A stretch of DNA of 64,000 nucleotides from Rhizomicrobium sp. (GCA_031291635.1 JARLIR010000126.1:3634-67633); one strand, 5' to 3'; counted from the first letter of the stretch, positions 27,822-38,020 are shown. Numbers and translations: made by a program. Notes: a model not told the origin generated them from the sequence alone.

Positions 27822-30800
27822 TGATCGCGCGCATCATCCGCTGGTCGGCAGGGCATTGGGGCTTTGTGTTGATCGCCACTTTGGTGGTGATCTTGGCAGG
27901 GGTTTTGGCCGTCAGCCGCATTCCCCTCGATGCGGTGCCCGATCTCTCGGACACCCAAGTCATCGTCTACACCGAATATTCCGGCCAAGCGCCGCAAGTG
28001 GTGGAGGATCAAGTGACCTTTCCGCTGACCTCGGCGCTGCTCAGCGTGCCCAAAGCCAAGACCGTGCGCGGGGTGTCGTTTTTCGGCGTCTCCTTCATCT
28101 ATGTGATCTTTGACGAAGGCACCGATATTTACTGGGCCCGTTCGCGGGTGCTGGAATATCTGAACGCGGCCACCGGCAAGCTGCCGCAAGGCGTGACACC
28201 GAGCTTAGGACCCGACGCCACCGGGATCGGCTGGGTCTATGAATATGCTTTGAGCGGCAACAAACAGGATCTGTCTCAGCTGCGCTCGCTGCAGGATTGG
28301 CATTTGCGTTATGCCCTGGCCAAGACCGAGGGCGTTTCGGAAGTCGCCAGTGTCGGTGGTTTCGTCAAGCAATATGCGGTGGTGGCCGATCCCAGCCGGA
28401 TGCGCGCCTATGGCATTACGTTGAGCCAGATCCGCGATGCGGTAGCGGGAGCCAATCGCGATGTCGGCGGACGCACCATCGAGCTGTCCGAAACCGAATT
28501 CATGATCCGCGGCCGCGGTTATCTGAAATCGCCGCAAGACCTGGACGCCGTGGTGCTGAAAGCCAAGGACGGCACGCCAGTGCAACTGAGCGCGGTCGCC
28601 CATATGGAAACCGTGCCCGATGAGCGGCGCGGCATTGCAGAACTGAATGGCGAAGGGGAAGTTGCCTCCGGCATTGTGGTGCAGCGTTATGGCGCCAATG
28701 CCTTGAACGTCATCCGCGCGGTCAAAGCGCGTATTGCCGAAATCGCCAGCAGCCTGCCCGCAGGCGTGAAGCTGATCCCCGTCTATGACCGCTCGGAATT
28801 GATCGAGCGCGCCATCAGTACGCTGAAAAGCACGCTGTTCGAAGAAAGCATCATCGTGGCGCTGGTGTGCTTTATTTTCTTGATGCATGCCCGCTCTGCG
28901 CTGGTCGCCATCATCACCTTGCCGGTCGGCATTTTGATGGCCTTCATCGCCATGCAAGCGCTGGGGATTGGTTCCAACATCATGAGTCTGGGCGGTATCG
29001 CCATCGCCATCGGCGCTATGGTCGATGCTGCCATTGTGATGATCGAGAACGCGCATAAGCATCTGGAGCGTGCCCGGCCGGAGGAAAAGCGCGTCGATGT
29101 CTTGATCGCGGCGGCGGTGGAGGTAGGACCAGCGTTGTTTTTCAGCCTGCTGGTGATCACTGTTTCGTTCATTCCGATCTTTGCGCTGCAAGAGCAAGAA
29201 GGACGGCTGTTTCATCCCCTCGCCTTCACCAAAAGCTTTGCCATGGCGGCGGCAGCGTTGCTGTCGGTGACGCTGGTGCCCGCTTTGATGGCTTTGTTCG
29301 TGCGCGGCAAAATTGCGCCGGAAGCCAAGAATCCGGTCAACCGCGCCTTGATCTGGGCCTATCGCCCCGCCATCGCAGCGGTGCTGAAGCGGCCTTGGGT
29401 GACGCTGGGGGTGGCCGTGGTGGTGCTGCTAGTCAGCCTTTATCCCGCCTCGCAACTCGGCAGCGAATTCATGCCAGCGCTGAATGAAGGCACCCTGCTT
29501 TATATGCCGACGACCTTGCCCGGGCTTTCGATCACCAAAGCGGCGCAGATTCTGCAAACCCAAGACCGCATCATCAAGTCTTTCCCCGAAGTGCAAACGG
29601 TGTGGGGCAAAGCGGGACGGGCCGAGACTGCCACCGATCCGGCGCCGATCGAAATGTTCGAGACGGTGATTACGTTGAAACCAGAGGCGCAATGGCCCGC
29701 CGGGATGACGACGGAAAAGCTGATCACCGCGCTCGATAAAGCCTTGCAATTTCCCGGCATCTCCAATGCCTGGACGATGCCGATCAAAGCCCGCACCGAC
29801 ATGTTGTCGACCGGCATCCGCACCCCGGTGGGGGTCAAAGTCTATGGCAAGGATTTGAATGAGATTGAACGGCTATCGCGCCAGATTGAAGCGGTGATCC
29901 ACACCGTGCCCGGCACCACTTCGGCCTATGCCGAGCGCGTCAATGGCGGCTATTACCTCGACATCACACCTGACCGCGACGCCATCGCCCGTTATGGCCT
30001 TTCCATCGACGATGTGCTGAGCACCGTCTCCAGTGCCATCGGTGCCGAGACCATCACCACCACGGTGGAAGGGCGCGAGCGCTATGGCGTGGTGGTGCGC
30101 TTTCCCCGCGATGTGCGCAGTGACCCCGATAGTTTGGCGGCCAACACGCTGGTGTCCTTGCCGGGTGGCGGCGCCATTCCCCTGGGCGAAGTGGCCAAGG
30201 TTTCGCGGGCGCGCGGCCCCACCATGATCCGCACCGAAGACGGGCAATTGGCCAACTACGTTTACGTCGATTTCCACAATCGCGATCTGGGCGGTTATGT
30301 GAAAGAGGCCCAGCGTGCGGTGGCCGAGAAGGTTTCCTTCCCGCCCGGCTATTATGTGCGCTGGAGCGGCCAGTTCGAATATCTGGAGCGCGCCAATGAA
30401 CGGCTTCGCATCGTGATTCCGGCGACGCTGCTGCTGATCCTGTTCCTGCTTTGGCTCAACTTCCGCAAAATCACCGACACGCTGATCGTGATGCTGTCGC
30501 TGCCTTTCGCTTTGGCAGGCGGTTTTTGGCTGATGTGGCTGATGGGCTTCAACATGTCGGTGGCGGCGGCAGTGGGTTTCATCGCGCTGGCGGGCGTGGC
30601 CGCAGAAACCGGTGTCGTCATGCTGATCTATCTTAACCACGCTTGGGACGAAGCTTGCGCCAAGATCGAAGGCGGGCGCCCAACTCTAGCAGATCTTACC
30701 CGTGCCGTGATGAGCGGAGCGGTGGACCGTGTGCGCCCGAAAATGATGACGGTGGCTGCGATCATGGCAGGGCTGATCCCCATTCTATGGGCCAGCGGCA

Positions 30801-30925
30801 CCGGTTCCGAAATCATGCAGCGCATCGCGGTGCCGATGATCGGCGGTATGGTTTCATCCACGCTGCTGACGCTGGTGGTGATTCCGGCGTTGTTCTTTCT
30901 GGTTCACCGCAAACAGGCACGGTAA
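27821..30925 (+). CDS. cusA: CusA/SilA-type Cu(I)/Ag(I) RND efflux transporter
   Basis: 'PLDAVPDLSDTQVI', 'GPDATG.GWVYEY', 'LLYMP', 'TDPAP.EMFET', 'RVRPKMMT'; 1034 aa. Confidence 0.93.
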   Translation: MIARIIRWSAGHWGFVLIATLVVILAGVLAVSRIPLDAVPDLSDTQVIVYTEYSGQAPQVVEDQVTFPLTSALLSVPKAKTVRGVSFFGVSFIYVIFDEGTDIYWARSRVLEYLNAATGKLPQGVTPSLGPDATGIGWVYEYALSGNKQDLSQLRSLQDWHLRYALAKTEGVSEVASVGGFVKQYAVVADPSRMRAYGITLSQIRDAVAGANRDVGGRTIELSETEFMIRGRGYLKSPQDLDAVVLKAKDGTPVQLSAVAHMETVPDERRGIAELNGEGEVASGIVVQRYGANALNVIRAVKARIAEIASSLPAGVKLIPVYDRSELIERAISTLKSTLFEESIIVALVCFIFLMHARSALVAIITLPVGILMAFIAMQALGIGSNIMSLGGIAIAIGAMVDAAIVMIENAHKHLERARPEEKRVDVLIAAAVEVGPALFFSLLVITVSFIPIFALQEQEGRLFHPLAFTKSFAMAAAALLSVTLVPALMALFVRGKIAPEAKNPVNRALIWAYRPAIAAVLKRPWVTLGVAVVVLLVSLYPASQLGSEFMPALNEGTLLYMPTTLPGLSITKAAQILQTQDRIIKSFPEVQTVWGKAGRAETATDPAPIEMFETVITLKPEAQWPAGMTTEKLITALDKALQFPGISNAWTMPIKARTDMLSTGIRTPVGVKVYGKDLNEIERLSRQIEAVIHTVPGTTSAYAERVNGGYYLDITPDRDAIARYGLSIDDVLSTVSSAIGAETITTTVEGRERYGVVVRFPRDVRSDPDSLAANTLVSLPGGGAIPLGEVAKVSRARGPTMIRTEDGQLANYVYVDFHNRDLGGYVKEAQRAVAEKVSFPPGYYVRWSGQFEYLERANERLRIVIPATLLLILFLLWLNFRKITDTLIVMLSLPFALAGGFWLMWLMGFNMSVAAAVGFIALAGVAAETGVVMLIYLNHAWDEACAKIEGGRPTLADLTRAVMSGAVDRVRPKMMTVAAIMAGLIPILWASGTGSEIMQRIAVPMIGGMVSSTLLTLVVIPALFFLVHRKQAR

Positions 30926-31040
30926 GCGGTTGCCAGCACCCGTCCAAAGCGTGCGCGGCGCGAAAAATCTGGGGGCAGACAGCGCGCCGCGGTAATTGGC
31001 GGCGTTCTGTGCTATATCCTCAGATTGAACAAAGACCGGG

Positions 31041-32174
31041 ATGAGTGTGTCCGAAAAGATCGACAACGCCGAGACCGAGGATCGCCCTGAAGAAGAAGGG
31101 CGGCCACGGCCGCGACCTGCCACCATCTATGATGTGGCAGAGCTCGCGGGCGTCTCCATTAAGACGGTCTCGAAGGTCATCAACAACCTGCCGCAAGTCA
31201 GCTACGCCACGCGCCAGCGGGTGAGCGAAGCGGTGGAGACGCTGTCCTTCCGGCCCAATCAATTGGCCCGCGGCCTGGCTTCGTCACGCTCCTTCATGTT
31301 GGGGTTGTTCTGCGATGCGCCCGCTGCCGGTTCGGGCTATGCCGCCCGCATCCAGATGGCCATGCTGACCATGTGTCACAACGAAGGCTATCATCTGATC
31401 GTCGAATGCGTGCATGCCACCAATCCGCAAGTCGGCCGCCAAGTGAATGCGCTAGTCGCCCAATCGAGTCTGGCCGGGGTGCTGCTGATGCCGCCGCTGA
31501 GCGACGTGCCAGCCTTGATTGCGGCTTTGAAGCACACCAAAACACCGATTGTGCGGTTTTCGCCGGGCACGGCAGAAAGTGATGTCATCGACGTCGACAT
31601 CGACAACTGTGCGGCGGCGCGCGACATGACCAATTATCTGATTGGCCTCGGCCATCGGCGCATCGGCTTTGTCCGCGGTCCGCTCTATCATGGCGATGCG
31701 GTGATGCGCTTTGAAGGCTATCGTTTGGCGCTAGCAGCGGCGGGCATTGCTTTCGACGAAGACCTCTGCGCCGACGGCGATTACACTTACAAAACCGGGA
31801 TGCGGGCAGGCGAACAGTTGCTGTCTCTGCCCGAACGGCCGAGCGCGATCTTCGCCAGCAATGACGATATGGCGGCGGGTGTGATGGCAGCCTCGCTGCG
31901 CTTTAATTTGCGCATTCCGCAGGATTTGTCGGTGGCAGGCTTCGACAATGAGATCATCTCCCATGCCATGTCCCCGCGCCTGACCACTTGCCATCAGCCC
32001 ATCGCCGAAATGGCGGAAGCGGCATTTTTCGCCATCATCCGGCAAAACAAGAAGCATGCTGGCACCTTCCATTTGCCACACAAGATCGTGGTGCGTGGCT
32101 CCACTGCCGCCCCTGGTATGGCTGGCGTCGACAACGACGACAACGAAGCGCCGACGCCCTTCTTCAACGGCTGA
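31041..32174 (+). CDS. LacI-family transcriptional regulator
   Basis: 'ATIYDVAELAGVSIKTVSKVIN' HTH; 'AIFASNDDMAAG', 'DLSVAGFD'. Confidence 0.92.
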   Translation: MSVSEKIDNAETEDRPEEEGRPRPRPATIYDVAELAGVSIKTVSKVINNLPQVSYATRQRVSEAVETLSFRPNQLARGLASSRSFMLGLFCDAPAAGSGYAARIQMAMLTMCHNEGYHLIVECVHATNPQVGRQVNALVAQSSLAGVLLMPPLSDVPALIAALKHTKTPIVRFSPGTAESDVIDVDIDNCAAARDMTNYLIGLGHRRIGFVRGPLYHGDAVMRFEGYRLALAAAGIAFDEDLCADGDYTYKTGMRAGEQLLSLPERPSAIFASNDDMAAGVMAASLRFNLRIPQDLSVAGFDNEIISHAMSPRLTTCHQPIAEMAEAAFFAIIRQNKKHAGTFHLPHKIVVRGSTAAPGMAGVDNDDNEAPTPFFNG

Positions 32175-32178
32175 GGCG

Positions 32179-32895
32179 CTAGGCGGCGAAGGGTCGCGCC
32201 AGGCAGTGGCTGAAGGCGAAGGCGAGCGCGGCAGGCAAATCGAAGGCGGGGGCTGCGACCAGCGCGGCGGCTTCGCCGATGCTGTGACCACGCTGCAGGG
32301 CTTCCAGAAAATCCGCACCACCGGGCGGCAACACCCGGACAATAACATCGAGCGCAGGACGGCAGACAATGACATCCTCCGCGGGCCATTCCGCGAGCGG
32401 CACAAAGCTCTCCGCCAGATTGCGTTCCCACAGCGTGGCGGCGGGAAACCGCGAGCGCAGGAGGAAGACCGTGGCAGGCAGCGCGAGGCGAACCTCTGCC
32501 GCGCCTTCCTGTGTCAGCCATTTCAGTTCCGCGACACCGAGCGGGTGATCATCGGCGGCGTGATAAGCACGCATCACCGCTGCTTCGAGCCGCGCCACAT
32601 CGGCGAGATAGGAAATTTCGGCCGCAGGCGCAAAAGCGGCGATATACGCGGGCAGTTCGTCGCCATAAGCCAGCAGCAGCGGCGCGCGCGGCGGGTGAGC
32701 GCAAACAAATGCGCCCGCCATAGCGCGGAAGTATTCTTCGCCAACTATGCGCTGGGTGGCCGGAAACGCGATGGCGAGCGCATCGATCAGCGCCGCCATG
32801 CGGTTGTTGCGGTGGATGGCGAGGTGCGACTCGGCGCCTTCGAACTGATGCAAGGACGCGGCAAAGCGCGCTTGCGAGTTGAGCGGCGTGGTCAT
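32179..32895 (-). CDS. DUF2063 (BufC/HvfC-like) MNIO partner protein
   Basis: 'HRNN....LIDAL...FP...[11 protein letters not shown]...HPP..PLL..YG', 'YLADVARLE'; overlaps the DUF692 stop. Confidence 0.85.
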   Translation of the reverse strand: MTTPLNSQARFAASLHQFEGAESHLAIHRNNRMAALIDALAIAFPATQRIVGEEYFRAMAGAFVCAHPPRAPLLLAYGDELPAYIAAFAPAAEISYLADVARLEAAVMRAYHAADDHPLGVAELKWLTQEGAAEVRLALPATVFLLRSRFPAATLWERNLAESFVPLAEWPAEDVIVCRPALDVIVRVLPPGGADFLEALQRGHSIGEAAALVAAPAFDLPAALAFAFSHCLARPFAA

Positions 32896-33725
32896 GCGGC
32901 TTGGCACCGGTGCTGTGTCAGAATGGCTTCGGCCTTGGCCGCTTCCGCCACAAGAACAGGCCAAGCGGGGACATCGCGATCCCATTCGATCAAGGTGGCG
33001 ATGGCCCCGGCGCGAGCAATCACGCTTTGATATAGTGCCCACACGGCGTCAATCACCGGTGCGCCGTGGCTGTCGATCAGCGTACCATTGGCCATCACGC
33101 TGTGTCCCGCCAGATGGATTTCGCCGACCGCGGCGAGCGGTAAGCGCGCCAGATACTGTGCCGGATCGAAACCCAGATTTACGGAAGAGACGAAGACATT
33201 GTTGACGTCCAGCAGCAGGCCGCAGCCGCTGCGGCGCACCACCTCGCTGAGGAATTCGGGCTCCTCAAAGCGGCTCTCTGCAAAACTGAGATAAAGCGAC
33301 GGATTTTCCAGCAATATGCGGCGACCGAGCACCGCTTGGGTGCGATCGATATGATCGCAAACAGTTTGCAGGGTGTCATCCGTATAGGGCAGCGGCAAGA
33401 GATCGGCGAGAAACTCGCCGCCATGGCTGGACCAAGCCAGATGTTCGGAAAAGCTTTCCGGCGCATAGCGCTCACACAAGACGCGCAAACGCTGCAGATG
33501 GGCTTCGTCCAGCGCCTCTTCGCCGCCAATCGACAAACCGACGCCGTGAATCGACAGCGGATAATCTTGGCGCAACTTGCCCAGCATGGCGTGCGGCGGC
33601 CCGCCCGCGCCCATGTAGTTTTCGGCGTGGACTTCAAAAAAACCGACTGCCCGTTGCGACGCAATGATCGCAGCAAAATGCTGCGGCTTGAAGGAGGCAC
33701 CGGCGCGGCGTGGCAGCTCTGTCAT
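32892..33725 (-). CDS. DUF692 multinuclear non-heme iron oxidase (MNIO, BufB/MbnB family)
   Basis: '[13 protein letters not shown]', '[10 protein letters not shown]', 'SEHLAWS', 'LENPS', '[11 protein letters not shown]', 'EIHLAGH', 'IDSH', 'LIEWD'. Confidence 0.93.
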   Translation of the reverse strand: MTELPRRAGASFKPQHFAAIIASQRAVGFFEVHAENYMGAGGPPHAMLGKLRQDYPLSIHGVGLSIGGEEALDEAHLQRLRVLCERYAPESFSEHLAWSSHGGEFLADLLPLPYTDDTLQTVCDHIDRTQAVLGRRILLENPSLYLSFAESRFEEPEFLSEVVRRSGCGLLLDVNNVFVSSVNLGFDPAQYLARLPLAAVGEIHLAGHSVMANGTLIDSHGAPVIDAVWALYQSVIARAGAIATLIEWDRDVPAWPVLVAEAAKAEAILTQHRCQAA

Positions 33726-33734
33726 CTCGCCTTC

Positions 33735-34016
33735 TTATTTACCGCCCTTGGGCGTGCCCGTGCCATTAAAGGGCGTGGTCTTGCCGCCCGTCTCTGCGCA
33801 GGTCCCTTCCTTCACGGCCTTCCAATCCTGGCCATCGTAATTTTTCGTGGATTGACCGGCACAGCTATGGCTTCCTGCCGCGTTGGCGCAGCTGTTCTGC
33901 CCCGCCTTGGAGATGCCGTAGCACTTTTCCGCGGAGCTGCTTTGAGCCTCAACCGGAAGGGCGAGAAGCGTGAAGCTGGCGGCGAGCGCAGCCGTGAGCG
34001 TGATGGGACGGTTCAT
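33735..34016 (-). CDS. Bufferin-type RiPP precursor 3 (DUF2282/BufA1-like)
   Basis: Signal peptide + '[15 protein letters not shown]...HSCAGQS...W..V..GTC'; own SD (AGGAGA) upstream. Confidence 0.88.
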   Translation of the reverse strand: MNRPITLTAALAASFTLLALPVEAQSSSAEKCYGISKAGQNSCANAAGSHSCAGQSTKNYDGQDWKAVKEGTCAETGGKTTPFNGTGTPKGGK

Positions 34017-34040
34017 AGCAGCGGGTCTCCTTGTTGCAGA

Positions 34041-34304
34041 CCACTTCGTGGCGGTGAGCTTGCCGTGTTCCTTGTCGACGCAAGTGCCCTTGGCGACATA
34101 TTTCCATTCCGTGGCCACCATATCGTGCTTGGACTGACCAGCGCAGCTATGCACGCCATTGGCATCGGCGCAGTCATTCTGTCCGGCTTTGGCAATGCCG
34201 AAGCATTTTTCCTTATCCGCGGCTGCGGCCTGAGCCGGAACGGCCAGTAGCGCGAGGGTCGCGGTCAACGCGGTGGCCAGAGCCAGGGTGCTGGGTCGAT
34301 TCAT
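34041..34304 (-). CDS. Bufferin-type RiPP precursor 2; no stop codon, reads in frame into precursor 3 (fused ORF ends at 33735)
   Basis: Signal peptide + '[15 protein letters not shown]...HSCAGQS...WKYVAKGTC'; TGG at 34043-34041 where a stop is expected. Confidence 0.8.
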
Positions 34305-34336
34305 GGCTGTGATTTTCCTTTGGGGGTGAGGCTGAT

Positions 34337-34591
34337 TTATTTCACTAAGGTCGTGGTGCCGCCCAGTTTTTCGCAGGTCCCTTTGGCGACATACTTCCAA
34401 TCATAGGGGGCCAAATCTCTGGTGGCCTTGCCCGCGCAGGAATGCATCCCAGCGGAATCGGCGCAGTTGTTCTGCCCGGCCCTGGAAATGCCGTAACATT
34501 TCTCCTTGGGGTTATCTTCGGCCCTGGCCGGTAGAACGAGGAGCGCGAGCGTGGCCGTGAGGGCCGTTGCGAGAACGGCGGAATTGGTCAT
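34337..34591 (-). CDS. Bufferin-type RiPP precursor 1
   Basis: Signal peptide + '[15 protein letters not shown]...HSCAGKA...[14 protein letters not shown]'. Confidence 0.88.
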   Translation of the reverse strand: MTNSAVLATALTATLALLVLPARAEDNPKEKCYGISRAGQNNCADSAGMHSCAGKATRDLAPYDWKYVAKGTCEKLGGTTTLVK

Positions 34592-34755
34592 GCCCGGATC
34601 CTTGGTGGATGCTCCGTGATGATAAGCATCCTGCGACGAAATGGTATACGGTATGGAACGTATACCGCTTGTGCTCGGCCGATGCGCAGTATGACGGACA
34701 TCCCATTCCCTTGAGCATCGGGTTCTGCTGCAAAGCTCGCCGAGATCGGATAAAT

Positions 34756-36477
34756 ATGTCACAATTTTACCGCTTTAAAATCAGCTTGTGCTGCGGGCTG
34801 TTGCTGCTCGCCAGCGCGATGCAAGCGAGCTTCGCCTCGGCGCCGAACGAAGGGCTGTCCGGCAAGGCGTTGATGACAGAAGGGCTGGCGGCCTTGCGCG
34901 CGGGCCATCCCGACGATGCCAATATCGCTTTCAACCGCGCCCTGAAGGTGGATCCGCGCGACCCGCTACTCAATTTTCTCAACGGCTTTGCTTATGAAAG
35001 CGGTGCCGGCGGTGCGGGCGAGCGCCAAGATTTGTCGCGCATCGGCTATCGCCTAGCCTTGCAGTTCGATCCCAATTTCTGGCCCGCGACGCTGCAGCTG
35101 GGCAATCAAGCGCTGCGCAGCGGCGACGGCGCCCAGGCCAAGCAGCTGTTTGCCTCGGCGGCGATGCAGGCACCGGAACGCGCGGCGCCGTTTTATGGCT
35201 TGGCCGCAGCCAGCTACAGCACCGCCGATCTGGCCACGGCGCGCGCGGCGCTGGAGCGTGCCACCAGCCTCGAAGCCCCCAACACACCAGACCGGCTGCG
35301 CATCACGGCTTTGGTGCGCGCGGCCACGGGTGATGCTGCGGGGGCGCATGTGATGCTGGCGTCGCTCAGCGCCGCACATGATCCCGCCGCCGCCTTTACC
35401 GCCAGCCGCATCGACACGCTGGGGCGCAATTATGTGCAGCTGGCCGCTGCCAGCGAAGCCGCGAGCCCGCCGCCGCCTCCACCCGCCCCGGTGCTGACTA
35501 GCGAGGCCAAACGTATGGCCAATATCGACGTCATCATCATTCAGCGGGTGGAAGACACAACCGATACCCGCGGGGTCAATTTGCTCAGCGGCTTGTCGAT
35601 GCAATTCGGCAGTACCCTGATCAATGTCAATGCCGCTAAGACCACCGACCTCGGCGCGGTGACGAGCGATAGCAAGACGATTTCGCGCGCCCTGTCGCTG
35701 ACCGTGCCGGCGGTGACCTATTCGCTCAACATCGCCAATGCCTCGGACAGCTTTTCACGCATTCAGGCGCGACCCACCTTGCTGGCTTTCGATGGTCAGA
35801 CTTCGAAATTCTTCAACGGCGACGAGATCACCTATACCGCGGGCGGCACGCTCTCCAGCACCTCCTACAGCAAGGAAGTGGGGTTGACGCTGGAGGTGAC
35901 GCCCGCCTTTGGGGCCCATGACATGGTCAACCTCAAGGTTCACACCGAGCTGTCGGATTTTGCCCCCAACAGCGCCAGCACCTTCAAAGAGGCGCTGCAG
36001 ATCACCAAGACCACCACCAATGTCTCGGCGGCGATGACCTATGGGCAAACACTGGTGGTCTCTGGCGGCACCAGCACCATCGAATCGCATTCTGCCAGCG
36101 GCGTGCCGGTGCTGCGCGATATCCCGCTGGTGCAAAATCTGTTCGCCACGGCGAGCAAGAACAGCCGTGAAGCCTCGCTGGTGGTGCTGCTAACTTTGCG
36201 CCGCCCCTCCACACCGCAAGAGCGCTGGTCGGCCGATGGCCCCTTCGCCACCGACGGCGCCGACCCTGCCGCCCTGGCCGCGCTCAAAGCGCGTTATGGC
36301 GCCTGGTTCGCACAAACTCCGGCATTGACCACCCTCCTGGCGCGGGTGTCGCGGCAAAGCCCGCAAGGGGTTTTTCGCGCCGGCGATGTGCGCCTGGCCA
36401 ATCCGGCAGAAGCCGACGAAGACGCCGCCACGCGCAGCCGCTTCCTCGACGAGGTGGTGACACTGTTTTATTATTGA
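34756..36477 (+). CDS. TPR-domain plus secretin-like outer-membrane protein (orphan)
   Basis: Signal peptide; TPR-like helices ('[10 protein letters not shown]', 'YRLALQFDP'); Pro linker; secretin motifs 'ARPTLL', '[11 protein letters not shown]', 'GQTLVVSG', '[16 protein letters not shown]'. Confidence 0.75.
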   Translation: MSQFYRFKISLCCGLLLLASAMQASFASAPNEGLSGKALMTEGLAALRAGHPDDANIAFNRALKVDPRDPLLNFLNGFAYESGAGGAGERQDLSRIGYRLALQFDPNFWPATLQLGNQALRSGDGAQAKQLFASAAMQAPERAAPFYGLAAASYSTADLATARAALERATSLEAPNTPDRLRITALVRAATGDAAGAHVMLASLSAAHDPAAAFTASRIDTLGRNYVQLAAASEAASPPPPPPAPVLTSEAKRMANIDVIIIQRVEDTTDTRGVNLLSGLSMQFGSTLINVNAAKTTDLGAVTSDSKTISRALSLTVPAVTYSLNIANASDSFSRIQARPTLLAFDGQTSKFFNGDEITYTAGGTLSSTSYSKEVGLTLEVTPAFGAHDMVNLKVHTELSDFAPNSASTFKEALQITKTTTNVSAAMTYGQTLVVSGGTSTIESHSASGVPVLRDIPLVQNLFATASKNSREASLVVLLTLRRPSTPQERWSADGPFATDGADPAALAALKARYGAWFAQTPALTTLLARVSRQSPQGVFRAGDVRLANPAEADEDAATRSRFLDEVVTLFYY

Positions 36478-36502
36478 GGCCCGCGCGTGGGGGCCGAAAT
36501 AA

Positions 36503-36578
36503 TGGTGCCGCCTGGGTGACTCGAACACCCGACCCCCGCATTACGAATGCGGTGCTCTACCGGCTGAGCTAAGGCGGC
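36503..36578 (-). tRNA. tRNA-Thr(CGT)
   Basis: Reverse complement GCCGCCTTAGCTCAGCCGGTAGAGCACCGCATTCGTAATGCGGGGGTCGGGTGTTCGAGTCACCCAGGCGGCACCA; cloverleaf with CGT anticodon and CCA end. Confidence 0.96.
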
Positions 36579-36765
36579 CCACAGCGCCCCGAAGGGCGCA
36601 CTACGTGCCCGGTCTGTCCAAACGGACCATCCCGGGCGGCGGAGATAACGCATAGAGGGGGCATTCTGCAACAGCCCATCGGGGCAGGGATGACGTTTCA
36701 ACGCGGGCAGGCCCCCTTTTGGCCTTAAAGCCAGCCTTTTGTCGGCCCAGGCTTTGCGCTAACGG

Positions 36766-38013
36766 GTGATAGCGGTCCCAAGCTTCGGGGCTTTCGAGGG
36801 TAATTTGCGCCATCTATCGACACGTCTCAGCTTCAGCCAGGCCGCTTCGGGCTCGATTTCCGGTGTCTTCACGCCGTTTTTCGGCGCCTTTTTGGCTTAT
36901 CGCGGGCTGTCGCCGGATCAGATCGGGCTGGTGCTGTCGCTGTCCTTGGTGCTGCGGGCCTTTTCCGGGCCCTTGAGCGGCATCGTCGCCGATGCCCGCA
37001 ACGACCGCCGCGCCGTGATGTTGTTTCTCTATTGGGTGGCGCTGACCGGCTTTTCCGCCCTCTGCCTGGTGGGCTCGCCACTCTTGATCGCGCTCTGCGC
37101 CGTGCCCGCCTATCTGGCCTATGGCGCCGCCACGCCGCTGCTCGAGAGCGTGTCGGTGCGGCTGGCCGAGCGGTATGGCTTTGACTATGGCCGGGTGCGT
37201 ATCTGGGCCTCCACCGCTTTTGTGGTGATGAATGTGGTAGGCGGGGTCTTCGCCAAATTTTTCGGCCTGGGGGTGATTGCCCCGCTACTGGCCGCAGGCG
37301 CCGCGGTGGCGGTGCTGTCGACCTTGATGCTGCCCTCGCCCCCCAACGCCTCCGTGGATGCTTCGCCGCTGAGCCGCCGTTTGAAAGCCACCCTGGGCGA
37401 GACCCGCGAGTTGCTGCGCTCCAAAGTGTTCTTGATTTTCCTGGCCGCCGCCAGCTTCGTGCAAGCCACCCACGCCTTCTATTACGGCTATGGCGGCCTG
37501 CATTGGAAAGCCATCGGCTATTCGGCGCTGCTCATCGGCATCATCTGGCCGCTCGGCGTGCTGGGCGAGATCGCGCTGTTTTCCGTGGCGCTCAGAGTGC
37601 AGGCGGCCTTCACCCCGGCGCGGCTGCTCTTCATCGGCGGCGCCATCTGTGTGCTGCGCTGGACCATCCTGGCTTTCGACCCGCCATTCCCGTTGGTGGT
37701 CTTTGCCCAATTCCTCCACGGCGGCACCTTTGCCGTCGGCCATTTGGGGGCGGTGTTCTTCATCGTCAAAGCGGTGCCGCAACGCCTCGCCGCCACGGCG
37801 CAGAGCCTTTATTTCGTCTGCTCCCAAGGCGTGCTGATGGGAATCATGACCATGGCCTCGGGCGCGGTTTACGCCAGCTGGCAAGGCCGGGCTTATCTGT
37901 TGATGGCGGCTTGCGGCGTGGTGGCGATGCTGTTCGCCACTCTGCTGGCCAAACGTTGGCACGGCGAACGCATCCTTCACGGCGATGAAGACGAGATCGT
38001 CGATACGATTTGA
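36766..38013 (+). CDS. MFS transporter (HcaT/PPP-family-like); true start may be ~36805
   Basis: About 12 TM helices; 'DYGRVRIWAS..F', 'HAFYYGY..LHW', 'Q.LHG.TF'. Confidence 0.82.
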   Translation: MIAVPSFGAFEGNLRHLSTRLSFSQAASGSISGVFTPFFGAFLAYRGLSPDQIGLVLSLSLVLRAFSGPLSGIVADARNDRRAVMLFLYWVALTGFSALCLVGSPLLIALCAVPAYLAYGAATPLLESVSVRLAERYGFDYGRVRIWASTAFVVMNVVGGVFAKFFGLGVIAPLLAAGAAVAVLSTLMLPSPPNASVDASPLSRRLKATLGETRELLRSKVFLIFLAAASFVQATHAFYYGYGGLHWKAIGYSALLIGIIWPLGVLGEIALFSVALRVQAAFTPARLLFIGGAICVLRWTILAFDPPFPLVVFAQFLHGGTFAVGHLGAVFFIVKAVPQRLAATAQSLYFVCSQGVLMGIMTMASGAVYASWQGRAYLLMAACGVVAMLFATLLAKRWHGERILHGDEDEIVDTI

Positions 38014-38020
38014 TGGACTC

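Noticed and set aside
34305-34400. Upstream extension of the 221-aa ORF 33735-34400
   Set aside because: Overlaps precursor 1 in another frame; the ATG at 34304 has a signal peptide and an AAGGA SD
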